Source of the DNA: a bacterium
GTDB taxonomy: Bacteria; Electryoneota; Electryoneia; Electryoneales; Electryoneaceae
DNA length: 64,000 nt
NCBI GenBank assembly: GCA_963675295.2
Contig: CAXXKJ010000002.1
Coordinates: 2,176,001 to 2,240,000 of the forward strand
Direction: 5' to 3'
The notes under the pieces: generated by a model
What the model was told of the DNA's origin: nothing
What the model saw: the letters and a program-made list of their open reading frames with translations, nothing else
Database searches by the model: none
Position numbers and translations under genes: made by a program
Shown: positions 1 through 8,438 of the stretch, piece after piece
Numbering within the stretch: the first letter of the stretch is position 1
Layout: each line of letters starts with the position of its first letter

Positions 1-624
1 GTGGACCGCATCGCGGCGGAGGATACCCGTCACACCGGACGCCTGCTCGCGCGCTTCGGCATCGACAAGCCGCTGGTCTCGTACCACGAGCATAACGAGC
101 AGAAAGCCGCGCCGGGGCTGGTGCACGCGCTCAAGGGTGGACAGGCCATCGCGATGGTCAGCGACGCCGGCACGCCGGGTGTATCCGACCCGGGCTACCG
201 GTTGCTCAGCCTCGCGGCGGAAGAGGGCGTACCGATTGTCCCGATCCCGGGCACCAGTGCGCTTCTGGCGGCGCTGGTCGCCTCTGGTTTGCCGATGGAC
301 CGGTTCGTCTTCGAGGGCTTCCTGCCGAAGAAAAAAGGCCGCCAGACCCGTCTCGGTGAACTGGCGGATGAGCCGCGCACCTTCGTCCTGTTTGAATCCC
401 CGCAACGGCTGGCCCGCACCCTGAACGATCTCGCCGAACACCTCGGCGGGGAACGCCGGGCGGTGGTCTGTCGTGAGCTGACCAAATTGCACGAGGAGTT
501 TGTCCGGGGAACGTTGGCCGAGCTGGGCGACATCTACCGCGACGCTACGGTCAAGGGTGAGATCACGATTGTGGTCGAGGGCGAGTCGCGCCGGGTCCGC
601 AAGTCCGGACAGGATGAAAACTAG
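1..624 (+). CDS. rsmI: 16S rRNA (cytidine1402-2'-O)-methyltransferase, 5'-truncated by window edge
   Basis: AAEDTRHT, SYHEHNE, VSDAGTPGVSDPG, FEGFLP, RELTKLHEE motifs. Confidence 0.95.
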   Translation: MDRIAAEDTRHTGRLLARFGIDKPLVSYHEHNEQKAAPGLVHALKGGQAIAMVSDAGTPGVSDPGYRLLSLAAEEGVPIVPIPGTSALLAALVASGLPMDRFVFEGFLPKKKGRQTRLGELADEPRTFVLFESPQRLARTLNDLAEHLGGERRAVVCRELTKLHEEFVRGTLAELGDIYRDATVKGEITIVVEGESRRVRKSGQDEN

Positions 625-630
625 AACCTG

Positions 631-2154
631 GTGAAGAGTGAACGGATGGATGCTGGAATGAGACGATTATCCGCTGGATTGATTCTGCTGCTGCTCGCGC
701 TTGGAATGCTGGCGTGTTCGCAGCAACGTCCCGAGGGGTTGAGTCCGCAGGTGGAGTTCCTCTGGCGGCAACATTCGAACCCGCACGCCGAGGACGCGGC
801 ACGACGTGCGGCGAGCGAAGCCAGGACCCTGCTTGCAGATCACGACGATGATATCGAGCTCCACTTTTACTATCAGGACCGACTCAGAGACTATGAGGCG
901 GATTCGCTGGCTCGCGAATACCAGCGGCGGCTGGATCGCGACCCGAATGACGCCGTCAACATTGTGCTCGAGGCGTACCTCCGCAAGAGTGGACCGTACC
1001 TGACGCAGGTCATGCCGGCGGCGCTGGAACGGGATTCAACAACCGCGGAAGTGCTTGCGTTCAGCGCGATTGCGATGATGGGCAGCCGTCCGCCAGATTC
1101 GGTGCGTGCGCTGGAATTAGCGCAACGTGCCACCGAGCTTCATCCGGGCAGCTACCAGGCATGGATCGCTCGCTCGATGGTGGAAAAAAAGTTCGGAAAC
1201 AAGGAAACAGCCTTGGATTACGCCCACACGGCGGCCGATATCAACCCGTGGCATTTCGAGCCCGTGTTGATGGAGGCCGGGCTGATGGACGACCTCGGCG
1301 CAGAATCGCAGGCGACGAAACTGATCGAGGATTTCCACGCGTCCCAGCCGAGCCATGCACCGTCCTACCGCTGGCTTTCCCGCCGCTACGAACAGGCTCA
1401 GGACTGGAAAAAACTGTACGATCTCGAGATGTCGATCTCGCAGTGGTATCCTGAGGACGGGTACGCGTTCGTCTATGCCGCCAACGCCGCACGCAAGCTG
1501 GACGATTTCGGCCTCGTCGTCGCGGCGTACATGAAAGCTGCCGAGTTCGGCTTCTTCGATCTCGAGTATGCCACGATGGACTTCACGCCGGATGAACTGG
1601 ATCAATTCCGCGCGAACGATGGCTACGACAGCATGATCGCTGCGTTCGACGCGGCCCACGCTTCTGCCCGCGACCAACGCGTAGCGGATGCCATCGACCG
1701 GCCGATCAACATCCGGCTGCGCAACTTCAAGGCACGTGATCTGGACGGCAACCCGGTCGACTTGCAGCAGTTTCACGGCAAGATCGTGGTACTCGATTTC
1801 TGGGCGACCCACGAACGCACGCACCCGATCACCGTCGACCGGCTGAAACAACTGCGCCGGCAGTATCCGGATGTCGAGGTCGTCAGTGTCAGCGTGCTGG
1901 AACGTCATGCTCCGGACAAGCTGCTCGAACGTGTCGCGAAAACCGCTGGTGAACAAGGGATCGACTGGCCGGTGTGGGTTGGTGACGAAGAGCTGGCGAA
2001 CCGGATGCGGATCAGTTTCCTGCCGGTGTTCGCCGTGGTTGACGCGGATGGCTACGCCCGCTACCGGGTGCAGGGTTATCACCCGTACATCGACGAAATC
2101 CTCGCGACAATGATCGACGCCGCGAAGGAACCGGTCTACACCCCCGATTCCTGA
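631..2154 (+). CDS. Lipoprotein with TPR repeats and C-terminal TlpA/redoxin-like domain lacking CxxC
   Basis: Lipobox MLAC; helical TPR-like repeats; DLDGNPVDLQQFHGKIVVLDFWAT-HERTH; true start may be a downstream Met. Confidence 0.75.
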   Translation: MKSERMDAGMRRLSAGLILLLLALGMLACSQQRPEGLSPQVEFLWRQHSNPHAEDAARRAASEARTLLADHDDDIELHFYYQDRLRDYEADSLAREYQRRLDRDPNDAVNIVLEAYLRKSGPYLTQVMPAALERDSTTAEVLAFSAIAMMGSRPPDSVRALELAQRATELHPGSYQAWIARSMVEKKFGNKETALDYAHTAADINPWHFEPVLMEAGLMDDLGAESQATKLIEDFHASQPSHAPSYRWLSRRYEQAQDWKKLYDLEMSISQWYPEDGYAFVYAANAARKLDDFGLVVAAYMKAAEFGFFDLEYATMDFTPDELDQFRANDGYDSMIAAFDAAHASARDQRVADAIDRPINIRLRNFKARDLDGNPVDLQQFHGKIVVLDFWATHERTHPITVDRLKQLRRQYPDVEVVSVSVLERHAPDKLLERVAKTAGEQGIDWPVWVGDEELANRMRISFLPVFAVVDADGYARYRVQGYHPYIDEILATMIDAAKEPVYTPDS

Positions 2155-2185
2155 TGGCTTGGGCAGGCGCTTGACGTTGGATTCT

Positions 2186-2237
2186 TGATGCCCGCGGGAG
2201 CTTCTGTTCGCTACCGCGGCTTATCCGACGGTGGATA
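2186..2237. repeat. REP-like palindrome family C (GATGCCCGCGGGAGC...GCTACCGCGG), copy 1
   Basis: Near-identical to 24898-24949, similar to 51530-51565. Confidence 0.85.
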
Positions 2238-2322
2238 GGACCGTCCCAGCCGTGTTTGTGCCGGTGAGGTTGGTGCCCGTGATTGTCCGTTACGTCTGTA
2301 TGTGACGGCTATCGCGGCTGAA

Positions 2323-2413
2323 CCGCAGCCCGCAGCCCGCAGCCCGCAGCCCACAGCCCACAGCCCACAGCCCACAGCCCACAGCCCACAGCCCACAGCC
2401 CACAGCCCACAGC
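2323..2413. repeat. Heptamer tandem array (CCGCAGC)4(CCACAGC)9
   Basis: 13 units counted directly, between convergent genes. Confidence 0.95.
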
Positions 2414-2418
2414 CTGTT

Positions 2419-4668
2419 TCAATGCGTCTGGTGATTCTGCCGTGGTTGGAACAGCCGCGCGCTCAGTGGTGGCAGCGTCTCGGTACCGGTGTACGCCCGC
2501 CCCCTTTTGGGATCGGCGAGCACTGTTTGCTCATCCGCCAGTTTGATCCACGCGCCGTCCGGTAGCGTCACATCGGCAGGTTTGCTGTCGCTGAGGTTGA
2601 GCATGAACACCAGCCGGTCGCCGGGTACACGTACCACGTACGCCAGCACCGGCCCGCCGTGTCCCGGCAGACGGTGCAGGTTCGAGTAGCGCGCGACACG
2701 CAGCGCCGGGTGAGTGCGACGCAACTGCGCCAACCCACGCACATAGTCCCGGATCGTCGCGAACGGTTCCAGTTCTGCTTCCGTCCAGTCAATCCAGTTG
2801 GTGTCGTCGTCCCGGTTGTAACTGTCACGGTCGAGCTGGCCGCTTTGCTTGCGTGGTGTTGCCGGCAGCGATTTCGGCACGTGGGGATTGTCGGCGACGA
2901 TCTTTGCACGCAGCCATTCATCGCCCTGATGCAGCATCAGCATCCCACGGCTGGTGAACAGGAAGAAATAGCCGAGGAATGCCCGCCGCAGCAGGTTGGG
3001 CGAGAGCTTCGCCGCCTCGTCCCGTGTCAGCACACTGTCCGGTTTCACCAGACCGGTCGCGATACGCAGAAAGTCGCCGAGGTTGTAGTAATCGTGGCTG
3101 GCGAGGTAGTTCACCGACTGCCATTCATCGTCGAACGGGCCACCGTCATGGGTGACGTGCCCACGCGTGTAGATCATCAACGTGTCGGCGTCCCCGTGCA
3201 GGATCGCGCCGTGCTGGTTGACCGCATCATGCCCGCGTAACCCGTCGCGGAACTTGTCGTTCCAAGCCGACCAGCCACGCACCGCGAAGCGCCGCTTGTC
3301 ATACAGCCCGCCCCACGGTTCCGCGATCAGGTGTACGTTCGGATTTGCCTGACGTACCCGTTCGCTGATTACGTTCAACGTCGAGTCGTCGATCAATCCG
3401 GCGAGGTCGAAACGGAAGCCGTCGAAGCCGTAAACGTTGGTCCAGTGCAGCAGCGAATCGACGATCATCCGTTGCGCCATCGGCCGTTCGGTGGCGAAAT
3501 CGTTCCCGCAGCCGCTGTCGGATTTCAGCTGGCCGTAGCCATCGTGCCGCAGCCAGTACATCGGATCGAGCCGCCGCAGCGGGCTGAGACCGTAGTTGCC
3601 GACATGATTGTAGACGACGTCGAGAATCACCGCCAGCCCACGCTGGTGCAGTGAATCGACCATGCCGCGCACGTCATGGATGATCGCCGGATCGGTGCCG
3701 TTCCACCGAGTGAGCGTGACCGGGTGACGGTAACGCGGTTCCGGCGCGAAGAACTGGACGCTCATGTAGCCCCAGTGATTCATCGCGGTCTCGTTCCACG
3801 CGTTCCCCGGCGTGCCATACGGCGGCTCGCGGTCGTCATATACGTGCAGCGGCAACCACTCAACCGCGTTGAAGCCGAGGTCGCGAACATAGCCCGGGAA
3901 CGATCCGCTGCTCACCCCGCGATACGTGCCCCGCAGCGGCTCCTCGACATTCCGCGCCTTCATCGTGACGTCTTTCAGGTGCGCTTCATAGATCATCAGG
4001 TCGCGCGGCGGGATGCTGACATGCGACATCTGCGGCAGGTCCCGCCATGACGGGTCCGGCACCACCGACAGCATCTTCACCGGCCAGCCCGGCGCTTTCG
4101 CCACCTGCCAGCTGTAGGGGTCACAGAAGACGATATCCCGCTGATCGTCCACGTCGTCCGGCCCTTCGACACGGAAGCCGTACGTCTGCCCGGCCTTGAT
4201 TGCGTCGGAGTCCAGTCTCCAGCAACCTGTATGGTCGTCTAGCGTCATCGCCAGTTCATCGACCGGATGCAACGCCGGATCGTCATGCACCACCAGCCGC
4301 ACCGACCGTGCACGCGGGTGGAACAGCCGAACGGTTGCCGTCTTCTCGTTCCACGTCAGGCCCAGCGGCTCGTTGGTCTTGTAGCGGTTGAGGATGCCTT
4401 CCGGCAGCACCGGCAGGTTGTGCAACCCTTCGACGTGGACGTGCAACTGAAAGCGCATGTCAAACGGCCCGCCGAACAGGGCGACACGTCGGCGTCCCTC
4501 GCGGGTGACACGTACAATCGGCAGATCGGGGTCGAAACGAAACTGCCCGGCTGCGGGTGTATAGGTTGGCGGGTCGGCGAACAGGATCACCACCTTGCGC
4601 TCGTCCTCGAGACTGGCGCGGATCGGGGTGGGGAGTGTTGCGACCGGTGTTTTCGGTGATGGATTCAT
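2419..4668 (-). CDS. GH13 pullulanase/glycogen-debranching-like enzyme
   Basis: IYEAHLKD, HWGY, VILDVVYNH, DGFRFDL, AEPW, NYLASHD; start placed at MNPSPK (ORF open to 4869). Confidence 0.88.
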   Translation of the reverse strand: MNPSPKTPVATLPTPIRASLEDERKVVILFADPPTYTPAAGQFRFDPDLPIVRVTREGRRRVALFGGPFDMRFQLHVHVEGLHNLPVLPEGILNRYKTNEPLGLTWNEKTATVRLFHPRARSVRLVVHDDPALHPVDELAMTLDDHTGCWRLDSDAIKAGQTYGFRVEGPDDVDDQRDIVFCDPYSWQVAKAPGWPVKMLSVVPDPSWRDLPQMSHVSIPPRDLMIYEAHLKDVTMKARNVEEPLRGTYRGVSSGSFPGYVRDLGFNAVEWLPLHVYDDREPPYGTPGNAWNETAMNHWGYMSVQFFAPEPRYRHPVTLTRWNGTDPAIIHDVRGMVDSLHQRGLAVILDVVYNHVGNYGLSPLRRLDPMYWLRHDGYGQLKSDSGCGNDFATERPMAQRMIVDSLLHWTNVYGFDGFRFDLAGLIDDSTLNVISERVRQANPNVHLIAEPWGGLYDKRRFAVRGWSAWNDKFRDGLRGHDAVNQHGAILHGDADTLMIYTRGHVTHDGGPFDDEWQSVNYLASHDYYNLGDFLRIATGLVKPDSVLTRDEAAKLSPNLLRRAFLGYFFLFTSRGMLMLHQGDEWLRAKIVADNPHVPKSLPATPRKQSGQLDRDSYNRDDDTNWIDWTEAELEPFATIRDYVRGLAQLRRTHPALRVARYSNLHRLPGHGGPVLAYVVRVPGDRLVFMLNLSDSKPADVTLPDGAWIKLADEQTVLADPKRGRAYTGTETLPPLSARLFQPRQNHQTH

Positions 4669-4930
4669 CGAGCTCGATCTGTTCACAATCGGGTTTGGGT
4701 GCGCGTGCGAAACCGTGTTGCCCGCAGGCTGGAATGCCTTACGGCTCGCTGGAATTGGCGGATTTTGCCCTTGAACGCCAGTTCGCTCGCCGCTACATTG
4801 CTCGCGCGGTTGGAAGATGCGGGAAGCGACGGCAGTTGACAAGATCCTCGCGGGGGAGAAACCTCTCACCAGCGGCTCGCCGCTCCCATGCCGGCACGAT
4901 AACCCGATGACCCCGGAGTGACACGAACTC

Positions 4931-6040
4931 GTGAAACAGACCGGATTTGCACTGATACTGCTGTTGCTGCTCGCGGCGAACCTGGTCGCGCAGCCCGAAC
5001 TCGGCGAACGTGAGAGTTACGCCGAACGGGCGGAGCGCGCGCTGGTTGCGGGAGATTATCCCGCCGCTGTGGAGTTGTATCAGCGTTGGCTCGAGGCCGA
5101 TCCGGACGATTTCCGCAACTGGTACAATTACGCTTGTGCGCTCGCGTTGAACCAGGACACCAGCGCGTCGTCCGAGGCGTTGAGCACGGCGGTCGACATG
5201 GGCTGGCGTGACTCCACCTGGACCGCCCGTGATCCCGACCTCGCGCATGTCATCTCCCTGCCTGAGTTTCAGGCCTCGCTGGTTCGCATGGGCAAGTTGT
5301 GGCGGGACGAACAAGCGCGTGTCGTCGATTCGGAACCGCGCTACGCGCTCCAGCAACGCTACGCACCGTACCTCTTGCATCTGCCGCGCGGGTACGACAG
5401 CAACCCGGACAAACGTTATCCCTTGCTGGTACTGCTGCACGGTCGCGGCGCGGACATGGAGTCAATGAACGATCTGCGCGCAAGGTTGGCGCTGCCGGGT
5501 GTGATTGTCGTGCAACCACGCGCTCCGTACACCGTTGAGGAGGGCCGCGGCGGGTACGAATACTGGCCCGCACGGCTGCAGAACGAATTCGGCGACACGT
5601 TGCTGCGGGCGATTCGCGATGATGCCGGTCAGTGGGTGCAGGACGTGATCGCGTCGGTGAAAAATGAGGCCCGGGTGGATGAGGATCACGTGATTGTCAC
5701 CGGCTTCAGCCAGGGTGGTGCGGCGGCGGTATTGACCGCGCTACGGGACCCGTCAACTCTTGCCGGGTTGGCGCTGGTGGCTGGCTACATCCCGGAAACC
5801 CACCGCGACAGCACGCTGTTCGTCCCGTTGGCGGGACATGGCCTGTCGGTGTTCATGGCGCATGGCCGCCGTGATCACCGTGTTGAACCGTCCGAAGCCG
5901 AAGCGTTTCATGACATCTTCCGGCGGGCCGGTGTTCGGGTGCAATTCAACCTGTATCCAGCTGAACACGAGATGACCGACGAGATGGTTGTCGATCTGGC
6001 CGATTGGATCATGACTCTTTTCCGCGATACTCGTCACTGA
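4931..6040 (+). CDS. Secreted TPR + alpha/beta-hydrolase (phospholipase/carboxylesterase family)
   Basis: Signal peptide; YNYACALAL TPR; LLHGRG, GFSQG, HGRRD, terminal His. Confidence 0.85.
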   Translation: MKQTGFALILLLLLAANLVAQPELGERESYAERAERALVAGDYPAAVELYQRWLEADPDDFRNWYNYACALALNQDTSASSEALSTAVDMGWRDSTWTARDPDLAHVISLPEFQASLVRMGKLWRDEQARVVDSEPRYALQQRYAPYLLHLPRGYDSNPDKRYPLLVLLHGRGADMESMNDLRARLALPGVIVVQPRAPYTVEEGRGGYEYWPARLQNEFGDTLLRAIRDDAGQWVQDVIASVKNEARVDEDHVIVTGFSQGGAAAVLTALRDPSTLAGLALVAGYIPETHRDSTLFVPLAGHGLSVFMAHGRRDHRVEPSEAEAFHDIFRRAGVRVQFNLYPAEHEMTDEMVVDLADWIMTLFRDTRH

Positions 6041-6074
6041 GGAAATTGACGCATAAGGCACCACATACACAGCT

Positions 6075-6164
6075 GACGACACAGACGCCAAAGACGCAAC
6101 TGACGCCACAGACGCAACAGACGCAACAGACGCAACGGACGCAAGCAACGCAACAGACGCCAAA
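6075..6164. repeat. Degenerate 9-mer tandem array (GACGCAACA)~10
   Basis: Direct reading; reverse-complement array at 17998-18051. Confidence 0.9.
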
Positions 6165-6197
6165 TAAACCACTACGATACAACACGATATCAAACTT

Positions 6198-6273
6198 GCC
6201 CTCGGGCTTCAGCCCGGGATTAGATGGGGCCGCAGCACAATCGGACGCCACGCCCTCGGGCTTCAGCCCGGGA
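6198..6273. repeat. Two REP-like family B palindromes GCCCTCGGGCTTCAGCCCGGGA
   Basis: Identical copies at 6198-6219, 6252-6273 and 24797-24818; variants at 24851, 51435, 17966. Confidence 0.88.
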
Positions 6274-6305
6274 TTGGCTGATACTTGACAACTACACCGC
6301 GCCCA

Positions 6306-6396
6306 CGCCGCGTAGCGGCGGAGGGTGGTTAGCGTGTGGCTTCAGCCACACGAACGTGGGGCACCCGAACCCCCGCCCGTCCTGTAGGGACGGCGC
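6306..6396. repeat. Tripartite REP/REPIN-like family A element, copy 1
   Basis: CCGCGTAGCGG - GGTGGTTAGCGTGTGGCTTCAGCCACACG - spacer - CGTCCTGTAGGGACG; copies at 38792 and 49444. Confidence 0.9.
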
Positions 6397-6498
6397 CGGG
6401 TTTCGCAGCACCTCAACCCCTGTCTCATCCGCCGCGTCATTCGGGATGAGCGATCAACGGTTGTACATTCGTTCGTGATCTCGGGCGAAGGGACGACG

Positions 6499-7434
6499 AT
6501 GAGTTTCTGGAAACGATTCCGTCAGGACTGGCAGATCCGCCTCTACATGATCCTGCTCGCCATTTTCCTCTGGCTGGTGGTGGTGATGACACAGGTGTAT
6601 GAGACGACGGTCAACGTGCCGGTGGTGCCGATCAATGTCGGCGCGGATAAGATCCTCGTTTCAGATGTGCCAAAAACGGTTCCCGTGCGCTTCTCCGGAC
6701 AGGGGAAAGACCTCTTTGTGCTTAATTTCTTCCGTCCCGCACACCTCGAGCTCGACATGCAGGTGGTCGACGACGATTTCGACTACCCGTTGCACACCGG
6801 CCTCGTGCAGGTTCCAACCGGATTACCGGTACAACCCACCGTACTGCCCGGCCAGGACATGATCCCGGTACGTGTTGAGGAACGCCTGACCACTCGTCTG
6901 CCCGTCGAACCGGACACCGAAGTCCGCACCCGTCCCGGCTATCTGCCTGGCGACACAATCAAGGTTATTCCCGATTCGGTCACCGTCTCCGGCCCGCGCA
7001 GCATGGTCGCCCGGATGAAACGTGTCATCACCGAGGAGCGGATCTACGTCGGCCTCACCGATTCCTTCGAGGAATCGGTCCCGTTGCTCGTCCCCGGAAA
7101 GGTGGAGGTGACGCCGAGCGCAGTCATGCTGAACGTGACCGTCAACCGCCTCGGCGAACGCACCATCCAGCGTGTGCAGTTGACCACCCATGGTCTGCTC
7201 CCGGGACGGCAAGTGATTCTCGAGCCGTCCGTGCTCGATGTGCGTGTCAAGGGCGCGTCGCCACGGCTGGCGCAGCTGGACGCCGATTCGATCAACGCCT
7301 GGATTGACCTGACCCGTTGGAACCGTGAACAGCAGGAGTACGTGCCAACCATCGACCTGCCTCAGGGCGTTGAACTGATTGACACGACTCCGGACAAGAT
7401 CCGGGTCCGGCTGGAGGTTGATTCATGGCGGTAA
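6499..7434 (+). CDS. YbbR/CdaR-like membrane-anchored protein
   Basis: LLAIFLWLVV anchor; repeated beta-rich YbbR units (PDSVTVSGP, PSVLDVRVKG). Confidence 0.8.
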   Translation: MSFWKRFRQDWQIRLYMILLAIFLWLVVVMTQVYETTVNVPVVPINVGADKILVSDVPKTVPVRFSGQGKDLFVLNFFRPAHLELDMQVVDDDFDYPLHTGLVQVPTGLPVQPTVLPGQDMIPVRVEERLTTRLPVEPDTEVRTRPGYLPGDTIKVIPDSVTVSGPRSMVARMKRVITEERIYVGLTDSFEESVPLLVPGKVEVTPSAVMLNVTVNRLGERTIQRVQLTTHGLLPGRQVILEPSVLDVRVKGASPRLAQLDADSINAWIDLTRWNREQQEYVPTIDLPQGVELIDTTPDKIRVRLEVDSWR

Positions 7435-8438
7435 CCGTGTTGGCGGTGGAAACATCCTGCGACGAAACGGCGGCGGCGATTGTCCGTGGCAATGACATCA
7501 TCGCCAGCCTCGTCGCGACGCAGGAAGTACACTCGCTCTGGGGCGGAGTGGTCCCGGAATTGGCCAGCCGTCTGCATCAACGCACCCTTACCTCGCTCAC
7601 GCACGAAGCCGTCAAACGCGCCGGAATAGCGTTGAATGACCTCGATGCCGTCGCGTCCACTGTCGGCCCCGGCCTGATCGGCGCGCTGCTCGTCGGCGCG
7701 AGTTACGGCAAAGGCCTGGCAGCCGGTTTGGGCAAACCGTTCATCGGCGTCAATCACCTCGAAGGACACCTGTGGTCGGCATCGGTCGGCGCGGACGAAC
7801 TCCCGTTGCCAGCGCTGGTGTTGCTCGTCAGCGGCGGCCACACCGAACTGATCCGCATTGACGATTTCGGCCGCTACACGATGCTCGGCGCAACCCTGGA
7901 CGATGCCGCCGGGGAAGCCTTTGACAAGGTCGGCGGACTATTGGGGATTCCATACCCGGCTGGCGCGGCGTTGTCAAAACTCGCGTCTGGGGGCAATGAC
8001 CGCCGCTTCAAGTTTGCCGTCGCACGCACCGAAAGCCCGTTCGACTTCAGTTATTCCGGCCTCAAAAGCGCGGCGCTGCGGCAGGTTCAGAAGCTGGAGC
8101 AGGACGGTGAGGACAACTGGCGTGCCGACCTTGCGGCCTCATTCGAACGTGCGGTGGTGCGGCAGTTGAAGCAGCGTGTGATGGCGGCGTTGGACGCCGG
8201 CACCTACGCCTCGCTGACTCTCGGCGGTGGTGTTGCCGCCAATGGACGACTGCGGCGTGAACTGCAGAGCATCGCCGTGCAACGCAAGATCCCGCTGCGC
8301 ATTCCGCCGATGGAATACTGCACCGACAACGCCGCGATGATCGCGTGGGTTGCCGCGCGACGCCTCGACCGGGACGACACCGACACGCTTAACCGTCCAG
8401 CCGACCCGAATCTCGCACTGGTCTCGGAAACCGCATGA
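7425..8438 (+). CDS. tsaD: tRNA threonylcarbamoyltransferase TsaD
   Basis: VETSCDET, GGVVPELASRLH, VNHLEGH, SGGHT, DDAAGEAFDK, CTDNAAMIA. Confidence 0.97.
   Translation: MAVTVLAVETSCDETAAAIVRGNDIIASLVATQEVHSLWGGVVPELASRLHQRTLTSLTHEAVKRAGIALNDLDAVASTVGPGLIGALLVGASYGKGLAAGLGKPFIGVNHLEGHLWSASVGADELPLPALVLLVSGGHTELIRIDDFGRYTMLGATLDDAAGEAFDKVGGLLGIPYPAGAALSKLASGGNDRRFKFAVARTESPFDFSYSGLKSAALRQVQKLEQDGEDNWRADLAASFERAVVRQLKQRVMAALDAGTYASLTLGGGVAANGRLRRELQSIAVQRKIPLRIPPMEYCTDNAAMIAWVAARRLDRDDTDTLNRPADPNLALVSETA

Noticed and set aside
2211-2565. Short low-complexity ORFs over tandem arrays (also 5753-6288, 17770-18210)
   Set aside because: Translations of 7-mer/9-mer repeats, not credible proteins
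6198-6273. Two identical 22-bp palindromic repeats with a 32-bp spacer, CRISPR-like
   Set aside because: Only two units, same repeat dispersed singly elsewhere, no cas genes; fits REP doublet
6499-7434. YbbR/CdaR-like gene without adjacent diadenylate cyclase
   Set aside because: Unlinked YbbR-like genes are common outside Firmicutes; not unusual
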